Assembly: GCA_902625885.1 (NCBI GenBank) | Contig: CACODE010000004.1 | Span: 40,751-104,750 of the forward strand | From: an uncultured Candidatus Poseidoniales archaeon | GTDB lineage: Archaea > Thermoplasmatota > Poseidoniia > Poseidoniales > Poseidoniaceae | Length of the DNA: 64,000 nt | Direction of reading: 5' to 3' | In this document: piece by piece, positions 46,617 through 55,685 of the stretch | Layout: every line of letters starts with the position of its first letter | How positions within the stretch are numbered: position 1 is the first letter of the stretch | The notes under the pieces: model-generated | What the model was told of the DNA's origin: nothing | Databases searched by the model: none | What the model saw: the letters and a program-made list of their open reading frames with translations, nothing else | Position numbers and translations under genes: made by a program

Positions 46617-47726
46617 TTAGGTTTCGAACTTGTGGGTGAGGGGCCGTCCGATTTTTTGGGCGATGAACCGTATCAGGCCCCAGTTGAGTCGACGCCACCA
46701 GGAAAGATGAGAGGTTTTGACCATCGTGAATTCTTCGTTGGTCACACCACCGCGCAATTTCTTGAATTTGTTCGCTCCAGAACTGGCGTGCCGCTGGAAA
46801 TTGTTGTCCGAACAGGTTCTTGCGATTTTGGCCGTCAGGATACGGTAAAGCACGTGCGCCTGCGGGTGGTCGAAATCGTAGCCCAATACCGGCATGGTGG
46901 CAACACCATCCACGACCTTCATGCCCAACACCCCGATGATGTGGTCTCCGTCGAGCAACAACTGGTAGTGCAAAATGCTGCGGCTGGCACACTGGGCATG
47001 AAACAACGGGGTGAACCGAGGGTTGTTTTTGGAATACTTGCCGAGGTACAACCGGTTGTACAGTTCGGCAACCCGAGCCGCTTGTTCCTCGTCCAACTTT
47101 ACGCCCGATCGCCACGTGAACCCCAATTTCTTAACGAGGTGTTCGTCTCGCAGTATTTGCCGCCTCTTGACTCTCGGGTAGGTTTCGATCGGTTTGAACG
47201 GAAACAGCAACACGTTGCGAGCAAACATCGGTTTGAACCCGCACTCGGTCAACGCGTCGTAATCGCTTGCATTGAGGCCTCGATTCACCGAGCGAACCAA
47301 AATGGCATGCTTTGGGTTGGCCTTCTGCACCCGACCGACGGCTTCTTTCCATTCGTCTGCGCTCAACCCTTTTGGGAAAAGGTTGGTTGAAAGGCCGAAA
47401 TTGTTGATGGCAAACGCCTGGTCCACCTTTGCAAAGCGCAGGCACAAACCGAACAACCAAACCGGCGGCATCAACATCAGTTTTGAGAAGCGAAGACCAA
47501 CGATGTCCATCTCTTCCTTGAGGTAGTGGTAGTTGTGGGTGACGGTTGAGATTGTGTAGCACAACGTTTCCTTTGTCATTCTGTTTTTGGTGTACGGCAC
47601 CTGCTTGTCACCAAGCGCTAGCAATCCTGATTCACAATCCAAATTGTCGGCAAGGTTTGCCCATCCATGCTGGCGTACCATCTCGCCCCATTCCCGCACC
47701 AATTCGGTGTGGGGGAGGGGTTCCAT
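46617..47726 (-). CDS. FemAB/GNAT-like acyltransferase-fold protein
   Basis: 369 aa. The C-terminal half ('LLLDGDHIIGVLGMKVVDGVATMPVLGYD...ASSGANKFKKLRGG') resembles FemAB-like/Acetyltransf_6 proteins. Divergent from the ATP-grasp operon. Confidence 0.4.
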   Translation of the reverse strand: MEPLPHTELVREWGEMVRQHGWANLADNLDCESGLLALGDKQVPYTKNRMTKETLCYTISTVTHNYHYLKEEMDIVGLRFSKLMLMPPVWLFGLCLRFAKVDQAFAINNFGLSTNLFPKGLSADEWKEAVGRVQKANPKHAILVRSVNRGLNASDYDALTECGFKPMFARNVLLFPFKPIETYPRVKRRQILRDEHLVKKLGFTWRSGVKLDEEQAARVAELYNRLYLGKYSKNNPRFTPLFHAQCASRSILHYQLLLDGDHIIGVLGMKVVDGVATMPVLGYDFDHPQAHVLYRILTAKIARTCSDNNFQRHASSGANKFKKLRGGVTNEEFTMVKTSHLSWWRRLNWGLIRFIAQKIGRPLTHKFET

Positions 47727-47818
47727 GGGCTGATGAGGCCGGACTGGACCTTACATCTTTCCCCGTCAGCGAAATCGTTCTGGCCATACTTTATGCCATA
47801 CGCCAAGGTGGTGAGTCC

Positions 47819-48937
47819 ATGGCCAAGATTCTCGTGACCTGTGCGAGAAGTCCTGCCGCCGTGCACCTTGGAAGACTGCTGCACGAATCGGGCCATAGCG
47901 TGATGCTGGCCGACACCAAACGGCTGCATCTGGGCAGGTGGAGGTCTTGGCCCGACAAGTGCTTGCGCCATCCCTCGCCACGGCATCAACCCCAACGCTT
48001 TGCTGAGTGGTTGCAAAACGTTGTGAAAACGGAAGCGATTGATTGCGTTATCCCGGTTTACGAGGAAACGTTCCATCACGGCCTTAACCATGGAACTCTT
48101 GACTGCGAGCACTTCTGCTCCGACATTGAAACCTTGGACAGGTTGCACAACAAGTTTGAATTCATACAATTCGCAAGAAGTTGTGGTATCGAAGTTCCAG
48201 AGACCATCATGGTGGAACACATCGATGAAATCAAATCGAAGTTGACCTCAAATCACATCCTCAAACCGGTGTATTCGAGATTTGGTGAAAACGTCATCCT
48301 GAAACCGAACCCATCCAAGCTAAACATCAAGGTCAACAAAACAAATCCGTGGATTCTCCAGCAGAGGCTTGATGGAAAACAGTACTGCTTGCAAGGGATT
48401 TGCAAGAACGGCAAGGTGTTGTCTAGCGTTGCGTATTCCAGCGATTTCACCGTTTCCAAGACCTCTGTGTTCTTTGAGAAAACCGGCAAAGGCGACTTGG
48501 GTGGCATCATTGAAAAAATAGCGTCAAACTGCAACTACACAGGTTTTCTTTCGTTCGACGTCATTTTGGGCGAAGACGGCATTGCAAGGCCGATTGAATG
48601 CAACCCGAGAGCCACCAGCGCCCTGCATTTGTATGCGATGCAGGACAAGATCGATGACGCTATCCTGAATGGAAACACCGTCCAATGCACGGGCGTGAGT
48701 CGAAGGCTGGTGTTGCCGATGTGGTTCAATCTCCTGGCCAACCTGTTCAAGAAGAACCATGTTCGGGAGTGGAGAAAAGCCCGAAAGCGGTCAACCTCGG
48801 TAGAATGGAACGTCTTTGACCCAAGGCCCGGCCTTCTGCAACTGATTTCCCTTGTCGGGTTTGCAGCGGTGGCCCTCAGAAACAGAACATCCCTCATCGC
48901 TGCGACCACCCATGAATTCGAATGGAACGGCAAATGA
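47819..48937 (+). CDS. ATP-grasp family enzyme
   Basis: 'MAKILVTCARSPAAVHLGRLL' pre-ATP-grasp Rossmann-like start, plus 'ILKPVYSRFG', 'LQQRLDG' and 'IECNPRATSALHLY'. A GGTGGTGAG Shine-Dalgarno-like element precedes the ATG at 47819. Confidence 0.6.
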   Translation: MAKILVTCARSPAAVHLGRLLHESGHSVMLADTKRLHLGRWRSWPDKCLRHPSPRHQPQRFAEWLQNVVKTEAIDCVIPVYEETFHHGLNHGTLDCEHFCSDIETLDRLHNKFEFIQFARSCGIEVPETIMVEHIDEIKSKLTSNHILKPVYSRFGENVILKPNPSKLNIKVNKTNPWILQQRLDGKQYCLQGICKNGKVLSSVAYSSDFTVSKTSVFFEKTGKGDLGGIIEKIASNCNYTGFLSFDVILGEDGIARPIECNPRATSALHLYAMQDKIDDAILNGNTVQCTGVSRRLVLPMWFNLLANLFKKNHVREWRKARKRSTSVEWNVFDPRPGLLQLISLVGFAAVALRNRTSLIAATTHEFEWNGK

Positions 48938-48983
48938 ATGGCGGGTCAATCCTTTTTATTGAGATGCAATGACAGGCGTTTAG

Positions 48984-50006
48984 GTGGTTTGCGTGAAGAC
49001 ACAAATCTCTGGTTTTGCGTGCTACCTCCCACCCAATCTCATCAAAAGCGAGGACGTCATTCCGTTTGGCACCTTGCCCAGAGGCATTGACTTCAAGCGT
49101 CTAACCAAAATCGAAGCGCATCATGAGGTCCTGGAAGGCCAAGGGTCGCTTGAACTCGCCGTGGAAGCCGCCCAAAAAGCGATTGCAAGGTCGGGGGTGA
49201 ACAAAGAAGAGATCGATCTCGTCATTTCCTGCTCGGTCACCAAAATGAGCGGCGAACTTCAGAATTTGATTGAACCGTGCTTGGCTTCTCACATCTGCAG
49301 TGCACTCGATATCAAAGCTCAAAACTTCGACATCGCCAACGCCTGCCTTGGCATGGTGACGGGCATCCTCATCGCAGACAGAAAAATAAGGTCTGGAAAA
49401 ATCCGCCACGCCCTCATCGTTGCCGGTGAATACCTCACCGAGGCGCTGTACGAAGCGCTCGGCAAAAACCTGCTCTTCAATCAAAAGGCCTTCTCGAGTT
49501 TAACCATAGGCGACGCAGGTGGCGCCTACGTCGTTTCTGGAAGCGACGAGGAACGCATTCAATTCCACGAACCGATGACGCTGGCTCAGCACAGCCAGTT
49601 GTGCATCGGCGATGCTGCTGTCGGTCGACCCGGACCAGCGATGCGAACCTACGGCAAAAAACTCCAAAACGCCGCTCTAGAAAACTTGGGCGCCTACTTC
49701 AAACGCAATTTCAAGAGCCAAGAAGATTATGCTTCTCACGACCACATCATCTCGCATCAAACCACGCCAAGGGCGGTCAGCAAGGGCGCCCTGATCGCCG
49801 AAAAGACATGGGGCAGCGGGGACGCCGTACGCTCGATTTCGCACACCGGGAACACCGCTTCAACCTCCCATGCCGCCGTTTTGGAGACCTTGCTTGAGGA
49901 CGGAGCGTTGCTGTCCAACCAGAAGGTCTACTTGATGGCCTTCGGTTCGGGCCTTTCGTTCATGGGCATGAGTTTCCATCTCCCATCCGGGGTGGAAACA
50001 TGGTAG
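48984..50006 (+). CDS. beta-ketoacyl-ACP synthase III (FabH/KAS III-like) with intact Cys-His-Asn triad
   Basis: 'DIANACLGMVTG' (Cys), 'ISHQTTPRA' (His) and 'GNTASTSHA' (Asn). Confidence 0.75.
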   Translation: MVCVKTQISGFACYLPPNLIKSEDVIPFGTLPRGIDFKRLTKIEAHHEVLEGQGSLELAVEAAQKAIARSGVNKEEIDLVISCSVTKMSGELQNLIEPCLASHICSALDIKAQNFDIANACLGMVTGILIADRKIRSGKIRHALIVAGEYLTEALYEALGKNLLFNQKAFSSLTIGDAGGAYVVSGSDEERIQFHEPMTLAQHSQLCIGDAAVGRPGPAMRTYGKKLQNAALENLGAYFKRNFKSQEDYASHDHIISHQTTPRAVSKGALIAEKTWGSGDAVRSISHTGNTASTSHAAVLETLLEDGALLSNQKVYLMAFGSGLSFMGMSFHLPSGVETW

Positions 50007-50710
50007 GGATTTTGGCGTTTGAGTTTGAGCCCATCAAGAGAAAATCACTCTTGAAATCCCTCAAAGGCATCACGCAACGACTCTGCAAAAAAAACGCCAT
50101 CAACCCAGCAGACATTGGTTTGATGGTTCACACGGGGACGTACCGGCAGAATTTCCGGCAAGAACCGGCCTTTGCAGCCCACCTGCAGCAAGCGCTTGAC
50201 ATCGGGTGCGCAAACATCGGCCCGACCAGCAAACACACGTTTTCCTTTGACGTGAGCGATGGCGCTTGTGGCCCCCATCATGCGTTAGAAACCATCGCCG
50301 ATCTCTTCCCGGTCATCGGTTGCAAGTACGCTTTGCTCACCGCTGGCGATTGCCGTCCAAACAAGGAAACGCCGTGGCCTCACAAGCCAATCTCGTTCGC
50401 TGCTATCATCTCCGAGGACGGTCCGCTGCAAATCCTTGACACACGCTTTGATTACGAGCAGGAAAACGACTTTACATCCAGCACAAAATTCAACAAAAAA
50501 TACCACACAGAGGCCTTTACCTCAAAACCACACATCACGAAACATCGCGTTGAGGAAAACTGCTTCATCGCCTCTTCGGCATGGCTATGCGGTGAACAAC
50601 TGTCGAGGTTTGTCGAGTGGGCTTCATCGCAAAACGGCACCGTCACGCACCGCATTGAGAACAAGAACGGGAGGGTCTCGGAATTGAACTGGAGGGTGAA
50701 AGGTGAATAG
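50000..50710 (+). CDS. truncated KAS III-like (thiolase-fold N-terminal half only) protein
   Basis: 'FDVSDGACGPHHALE' resembles the KAS III Cys region, but the 236-aa protein lacks the His/Asn half. Its ATG overlaps the upstream TAG (ATGGTAG). Confidence 0.45.
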   Translation: MVGILAFEFEPIKRKSLLKSLKGITQRLCKKNAINPADIGLMVHTGTYRQNFRQEPAFAAHLQQALDIGCANIGPTSKHTFSFDVSDGACGPHHALETIADLFPVIGCKYALLTAGDCRPNKETPWPHKPISFAAIISEDGPLQILDTRFDYEQENDFTSSTKFNKKYHTEAFTSKPHITKHRVEENCFIASSAWLCGEQLSRFVEWASSQNGTVTHRIENKNGRVSELNWRVKGE

Positions 50711-52304
50711 GCCGAAGTTTGTCTATGGCTTCTGCATCTTCCTGACCCTCTACCACCTGACCGCTCGATTGGGCCTCGCCACCGATTTGCAATGGCATCT
50801 GGACGTGGGCCGGGACAGCATGTGGACGCCGCCTCACATCATGATTTTTGCAGGATTTCCAGTATGTGCTTTGCTTTCGCTGTATTATGTCTTGGTCACC
50901 ACGAGAGATCACAAGACGGGCATGGAACTGTCCGGTGTCCGAATCCTCGGGTTCGTCGCTCCGGGCTCGGTCTGGATGATTGTGCTTGGGACGTTCTCGC
51001 TCGGTGTCGGTGGCCTTTACGATGACTACTGGCATGCACAATTCGGCATTGACACCACGGTCATTACCCCACCTCATATGTTGACTTTGTTCGGTGGGAT
51101 GTTGGCGGAGTTTGCCAGTGTGTTGTTGGTTCGAGATTTGATCAATCACGATACAGAAAACCGATTCAAGGGCAAAAACATCATGGCTGCCGTGCTTCTT
51201 TGGACGCTGCTGTTTCACGGTAGTTTTTCGTTTTTGAATTTCATTGACCCTCGGGCGGCGACGGTCTCCGTGCTTGGGTTCAAAATGATGCTGCATTTGT
51301 TCTTCGGACCGTTCGTTGTCATGGCGATACTGCTGATTGGGAAGCAATGGTTTGACGGTCGGGTGATTTACCTGCTCGCTGGCTTCACGTTCCTGATTCA
51401 AACCGCCATGTTCGTGGTCATTCCCTTAGCCGTCGAGGCGCTCATGGGTCCTTCACATGCCTATCGACCGGGAGCGCCCTCCACTGTTTGGGCTGCGCAT
51501 TGCATCTCCTACCTCTTCCCCTTGGTCGCTGTTGCGTTTGTCAAATTTGATTTGGTTCGCCGGCCGAGTGTCTTGGTTGCCATCGCCTTGCTGAGCGATG
51601 TCATTTTCTCACCCTTTCTTCCCGTGAATTACCCATCTGAGGTGGGCCCGTTGGTGACCCTGGTCAACATCGTTGCAGCCTTTTTGCTGCTCAGATTGAG
51701 CCTTCCACCGCTCCATCAATACCTCGCCAGAATCCTTTCTTCCCTCGAGAGCGGCATCATCGAGTTCAAACCGAGAACCAAATCGCTCGCATTGCTGGCG
51801 ATTCTGGTCCTCATCACGCCCGTGAGCGCCCACGGCAACAATTACGAGGAGGGGTCCGGATTTGACGCTCCAATGCGTGTCCAAGTCGACATTGATGGCA
51901 TCGAAGTGTGGGTAGAATTCATGCTCTGGCCACCAAAAGCACCGCAATCCTGTGAGATGTTGCTGGTTGCTCAAGACAACGAATCTCGCATTGATGAGAT
52001 GTGGACGGAGATTGTTTTTCCTGATGAGAACGGCGAGGTGCGGATGATTCAAGCATTCAAACGGTACCCAGACCAGTCCATCTGGTTCGGTGAAAACCAT
52101 TTCACGTTCGGTGGAAATCAAACGCTCGAAATCAAGGCGCGGATCGCTGGTGAGGAGTACAGCGACACGGTCACACTGCAGGTTGAAGCCCCTTCAGTCG
52201 TCCCGGTATGGCTCGCTTGGACGTTTTCTTCGGTGTGGGTGTTCATGTTGTTCGCCCTTCCGTATTTTGTGGCCGGCATGCGGAGGTCGTCGGAGTGCGA
52301 ATAG
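50703..52304 (+). CDS. polytopic membrane protein with ~150-aa soluble domain and terminal TM
   Basis: 533 aa with more than 10 hydrophobic helices. The GTG start overlaps the upstream gene by 8 nt. Confidence 0.5.
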   Translation: MNRPKFVYGFCIFLTLYHLTARLGLATDLQWHLDVGRDSMWTPPHIMIFAGFPVCALLSLYYVLVTTRDHKTGMELSGVRILGFVAPGSVWMIVLGTFSLGVGGLYDDYWHAQFGIDTTVITPPHMLTLFGGMLAEFASVLLVRDLINHDTENRFKGKNIMAAVLLWTLLFHGSFSFLNFIDPRAATVSVLGFKMMLHLFFGPFVVMAILLIGKQWFDGRVIYLLAGFTFLIQTAMFVVIPLAVEALMGPSHAYRPGAPSTVWAAHCISYLFPLVAVAFVKFDLVRRPSVLVAIALLSDVIFSPFLPVNYPSEVGPLVTLVNIVAAFLLLRLSLPPLHQYLARILSSLESGIIEFKPRTKSLALLAILVLITPVSAHGNNYEEGSGFDAPMRVQVDIDGIEVWVEFMLWPPKAPQSCEMLLVAQDNESRIDEMWTEIVFPDENGEVRMIQAFKRYPDQSIWFGENHFTFGGNQTLEIKARIAGEEYSDTVTLQVEAPSVVPVWLAWTFSSVWVFMLFALPYFVAGMRRSSECE

Positions 52305-53194
52305 TCATCAGTGGAGCAACCGGTTCAATCGGCTCACAACTGATGGAGCGATTGTCGTCATTCCACGAGGTCGTCGGATTGGGCCGCGATGAAAGCAAAA
52401 TCAACTACATGGCCCGCCGTTTCACCATGAGTTCTTGCGACCTTGAGTCACAAGCATTCGAAACCATCGTTGCCTCGGCTGATTGTTTCATTCACTGCGC
52501 TGCGTTTGCTGCACCAAGAGGAAAAGCCGCACGTTTCCAAAAGAACGTTGACATCGTGAACGCCGTGATTCCGGTCCTGGAAGTCAACGATGTGTTCACG
52601 ATTTTCGTTTCATCCGCGTCGGTGTTTGACGGCATGCCTCGTGAAACGGCGTTGACCGACCCTTCGGCACGACCTCGGTCCTTGTATGCCAAATCAAAAT
52701 ACGACGCAGAACAAGCGGTGTTGAATTCGTCTTACAACAACTGGACCGGTCTTCGCCCACGAGCCGTCATCGGCAAGGGGGACAACACCGTAGCGCCGCG
52801 CCTTGATGCGCTGATCAGGGGCAACAAAATCCTCATCCCTGGAAAAGGCGATGCGCTGTTGGATTACACCTGCATGGAGAATTTCCTTGATTGCGTGGAG
52901 GCAACCATCGCTACTGGCGCTCAGCGGCGATTTTTCAACGTCAGCAACGGTGACCCAAGGCCGTTCAAAGAACTGGTGACGACCTACGCGAAACAGATTC
53001 ACAACATCACCGCCACCAAGCACGTACCTCTTTTACCGTTGAGAATAATGGCCAGCCTCTTTCCAACCGACAAAATCAACCACTATTCATTGGACCAAAT
53101 CAGCAAACCAATGGTCTTGGACCTGTCAGCGACCAAACGGGCTCTCACCTGGGAGCCAAAGCAAAGCCTGGAACAATGTTTGGAGGGGATGTGA
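52295..53194 (+). CDS. NAD(P)-dependent epimerase/dehydratase-family SDR
   Basis: 'ISGATGSIGSQL' (GxxGxxG) and 'YAKSKYDAE' (YxxxK). The GTG start overlaps the upstream gene by 10 nt. Confidence 0.7.
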   Translation: MRIVISGATGSIGSQLMERLSSFHEVVGLGRDESKINYMARRFTMSSCDLESQAFETIVASADCFIHCAAFAAPRGKAARFQKNVDIVNAVIPVLEVNDVFTIFVSSASVFDGMPRETALTDPSARPRSLYAKSKYDAEQAVLNSSYNNWTGLRPRAVIGKGDNTVAPRLDALIRGNKILIPGKGDALLDYTCMENFLDCVEATIATGAQRRFFNVSNGDPRPFKELVTTYAKQIHNITATKHVPLLPLRIMASLFPTDKINHYSLDQISKPMVLDLSATKRALTWEPKQSLEQCLEGM

Positions 53195-54462
53195 TGGGAA
53201 AACTCACCACGTTGTGGACATTTTACACCACACCAAAAATCCTCAAATCTCGGGCAAAAATCGACAAAATTCAGGAAAAGGGTATGGCCAAACAGGTGAA
53301 AATGGTCCGCAAAAAATCCCCCTTCTTTGCCCGACACTGGAAGGGCATTAACGACAAGGATTGGCGCCGTTTCCCACCGGTAAACAAGGAGGTTATGATG
53401 GCCAATTTACAGGACTACCTGACCGAGGACATCGATGTTGAATCGGCAAAAACGATGGCCTTGCAGGCAGAGAAATCACGCGATTTCAAGCAATCCCTCA
53501 AAGGGTACAGCATCGGTTTCTCGTCCGGTACCAGTGGCGCAAGAGGGATGCACATCGTCTCTAAAGCAGAACAAGACAGGTGGGCAGGCTACATGTTGGC
53601 CAGGGGTCTTGATGGCTCAATTTTGGGCAAGCACAGGATTGGGTTGTTCCTGCGAGCGAATTCAAACCTCTATGCGTCGGTTTCGTCATCGAGAATAACG
53701 TTCCAATTCTACGATTTGATGAGACCTCTGGACGACCTGGTCTCGGAATTGGTTCAAGACGCCCCTGACGTTCTGGTCGCCCCACCGAGCGTTCTGAGGT
53801 ACCTCGCAGACGAAAAAATAGGCATCAAATTCCGCAGGATTGTTTCGGTTGCCGAGGTGTTGACGCCGCTTGATAGAGCGACCATTGAACGGTATTTTCA
53901 AACCACGGTTCACCAATTTTACACCTCGACTGAGGGTGAAATTGCCGCCACTTGTGAACACGGTACCCTCCACCTCAACGAAGAGATCATGGTCGTTGAA
54001 AAGGAGTGGATTGACGAAGAACGGACCATGTTCCATCCCATCATCAGCGACTTCAAACGCAAGACGCAACCCATGATACGCTATCGGCAGAACGACATTT
54101 TGGTGCTGAGTAAAGAGCCATGCCCTTGCGGAGACGCCCGTCAAGCCATCGCTGAAATTCTTGGACGGCAGGACGATGTGTTCGAGTTTGAATCAACATC
54201 CGGCAACAAAGAACTGGTGGTTCCAGATTTGATTCGGAGAGCGACCATGGGCTTGCATTCCGGCATAACAGCCTACATGGTGGAACAGGTTTCTCCCAGC
54301 AACATCGTTGTTCAGCTTCAACCTCATCTGTCAAATCTGGACTTTTCCGGCTTCGAGCAACTTTGGGAGGCAAAAGAAATCGTTCCACCCGAAATATCGG
54401 TGGAAAGCTACGATTTTACACCGTCTGCGACGAAAATGAGGAGAATAAGCAAGCAATTCTGA
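53194..54462 (+). CDS. adenylate-forming enzyme (PaaK / coenzyme F390 synthetase / LuxE-like)
   Basis: 'GFSSGTSGARGMH' is a phosphate-binding-loop analogue of the ANL/PaaK 'SSGTTG' motif. Length and layout fit. The ATG shares 1 nt with the upstream TGA. Confidence 0.6.
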   Translation: MGKLTTLWTFYTTPKILKSRAKIDKIQEKGMAKQVKMVRKKSPFFARHWKGINDKDWRRFPPVNKEVMMANLQDYLTEDIDVESAKTMALQAEKSRDFKQSLKGYSIGFSSGTSGARGMHIVSKAEQDRWAGYMLARGLDGSILGKHRIGLFLRANSNLYASVSSSRITFQFYDLMRPLDDLVSELVQDAPDVLVAPPSVLRYLADEKIGIKFRRIVSVAEVLTPLDRATIERYFQTTVHQFYTSTEGEIAATCEHGTLHLNEEIMVVEKEWIDEERTMFHPIISDFKRKTQPMIRYRQNDILVLSKEPCPCGDARQAIAEILGRQDDVFEFESTSGNKELVVPDLIRRATMGLHSGITAYMVEQVSPSNIVVQLQPHLSNLDFSGFEQLWEAKEIVPPEISVESYDFTPSATKMRRISKQF

Positions 54463-54489
54463 TCCTCAAACGGCCGTCGTCGCCCCCCA

Positions 54490-55419
54490 TCACGAAAAAT
54501 ACGACAACAGAAAGGCGACGGTGAGTTTCAGCGGAATGAAGACGTTCCTCAGGCTTTGCTTGGGTTTTTTCATTTCTTTGTCGCTCAGGCCAGTCTTGAA
54601 CCAATACGTCATGTTGATGTTAAGGTCGTCAACGTGTTCAACGAAATGAAACCAACGAGACGGTATGAACAAGATGTCCCCTTCTTTCAATTCAACAACA
54701 TGAGGTTGGCACCTTTGCTGGTGAATCGATTTAAGACGACCGTGTTTGATGTCATCAAAAAAGGAAAAGGGGTGCATGCTCATTGCTTTGAAGGTCTTCA
54801 AGTGCTCCCAATTTTGGGGTGGAAACATCAAAATCTCTTTTTTCCCCTTGATTTGGAAATTCAGATTGTTGGCAAGCGAATCGTCGTAGTGGGTCATTGA
54901 CTGAATGCCGTTTCGACTCAACCAAAAGCCAACGGTGGAGAGCCTCGATAGCGGTATGAGGGCATTCTCACCACCGTATTCATCCAAGACTTCTTTGGCA
55001 TGATGCCACAACTCTGACCACTGCTCCACCACGGTATTTTTTGTGAAAATGTAGGTGTCGGTGCCCGACAAGAGGGTTCCGGGCTGTTTGAGGTCCAAGA
55101 ATTCCTTCAGCGAAACATGCTTTGAACGCAGCGACTTTGCGATGTTGAATACGCCGTCGGACGGGTCGACGAATTTCCCCGTGGGGGACGCCCGCATGCA
55201 CACCTTGCTCTCTCCCGCATGGTTTCTCAGCCACGGCTCGTCCAATATTTCTTGAAACGAAAAGACGGCTTCCTTTGAATAGACACACGGGGTGTTTTGT
55301 TGGATAGCCTCGCGAAATTCAGCCAAGGATGTGGCGACGGGGACTGGCTTCAAACCGGGCACAGGGCCGGCAAGACCGCCGCTGTTCGAACTTGCCATGA
55401 TGCGCTTAATCAACGCCAC
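54490..55419 (-). CDS. JmjC/cupin-like Fe(II)/2-oxoglutarate oxygenase-fold protein
   Basis: 'SMTHYDDS' (HxD) and a distal 'WFHFVEH' His, with the cupin beta-strand pattern between them. Confidence 0.55.
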   Translation of the reverse strand: MALIKRIMASSNSGGLAGPVPGLKPVPVATSLAEFREAIQQNTPCVYSKEAVFSFQEILDEPWLRNHAGESKVCMRASPTGKFVDPSDGVFNIAKSLRSKHVSLKEFLDLKQPGTLLSGTDTYIFTKNTVVEQWSELWHHAKEVLDEYGGENALIPLSRLSTVGFWLSRNGIQSMTHYDDSLANNLNFQIKGKKEILMFPPQNWEHLKTFKAMSMHPFSFFDDIKHGRLKSIHQQRCQPHVVELKEGDILFIPSRWFHFVEHVDDLNINMTYWFKTGLSDKEMKKPKQSLRNVFIPLKLTVAFLLSYFS

Positions 55420-55510
55420 CTGATTAATGATTATCCGACCAAGTCCGACTTAACTCGCATCGGTATGCTTGGTAGGCATTGATTCGAATAAGTTATGATG
55501 AAATCGTCAA

Positions 55511-55586
55511 TGGTGGACGTGCCGAGATTTGAACTCGGGGCCTCTACCATGCCAAGGTAGCGATCTTCCAACTGATCTACACGCCC
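55511..55586 (-). tRNA. tRNA-Ala (anticodon GGC), CCA encoded
   Basis: The reverse complement folds as GGGCGTG-TA-GATC-AGTTGGAA-GATC-G-CTACC-TTGGCAT-GGTAG-AGGCC-CCGAG-TTCAAAT-CTCGG-CACGTCC-A-CCA. The G3:U70 Ala identity pair is present. Confidence 0.88.
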
Positions 55587-55685
55587 ATGTGGGTGCTTTC
55601 GCAACCCGCCGACCGGCCCCGGCATGATAAGGATTCCCGACTTTCATCCCCCTCTATGCTCCGCCCGCTTCCGTGGTAAACCGCC

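Noticed and set aside
46501-47390. ORFs 46518..47390 (+) and 46501..47115 (-) overlapping the FemAB/GNAT-like gene
   Set aside because: They compete with a longer (369 aa), more protein-like ORF that sits divergently and at sensible spacing from the ATP-grasp operon. The alternatives are Arg/Pro/Val-rich.
50643-51401. 252-aa minus-strand ORF inside the operon's membrane-protein gene
   Set aside because: It is antisense to a hydrophobic polytopic ORF that is overlap-coupled to its neighbours. The translation is highly charged, His/Arg/Gln-rich and low-complexity.
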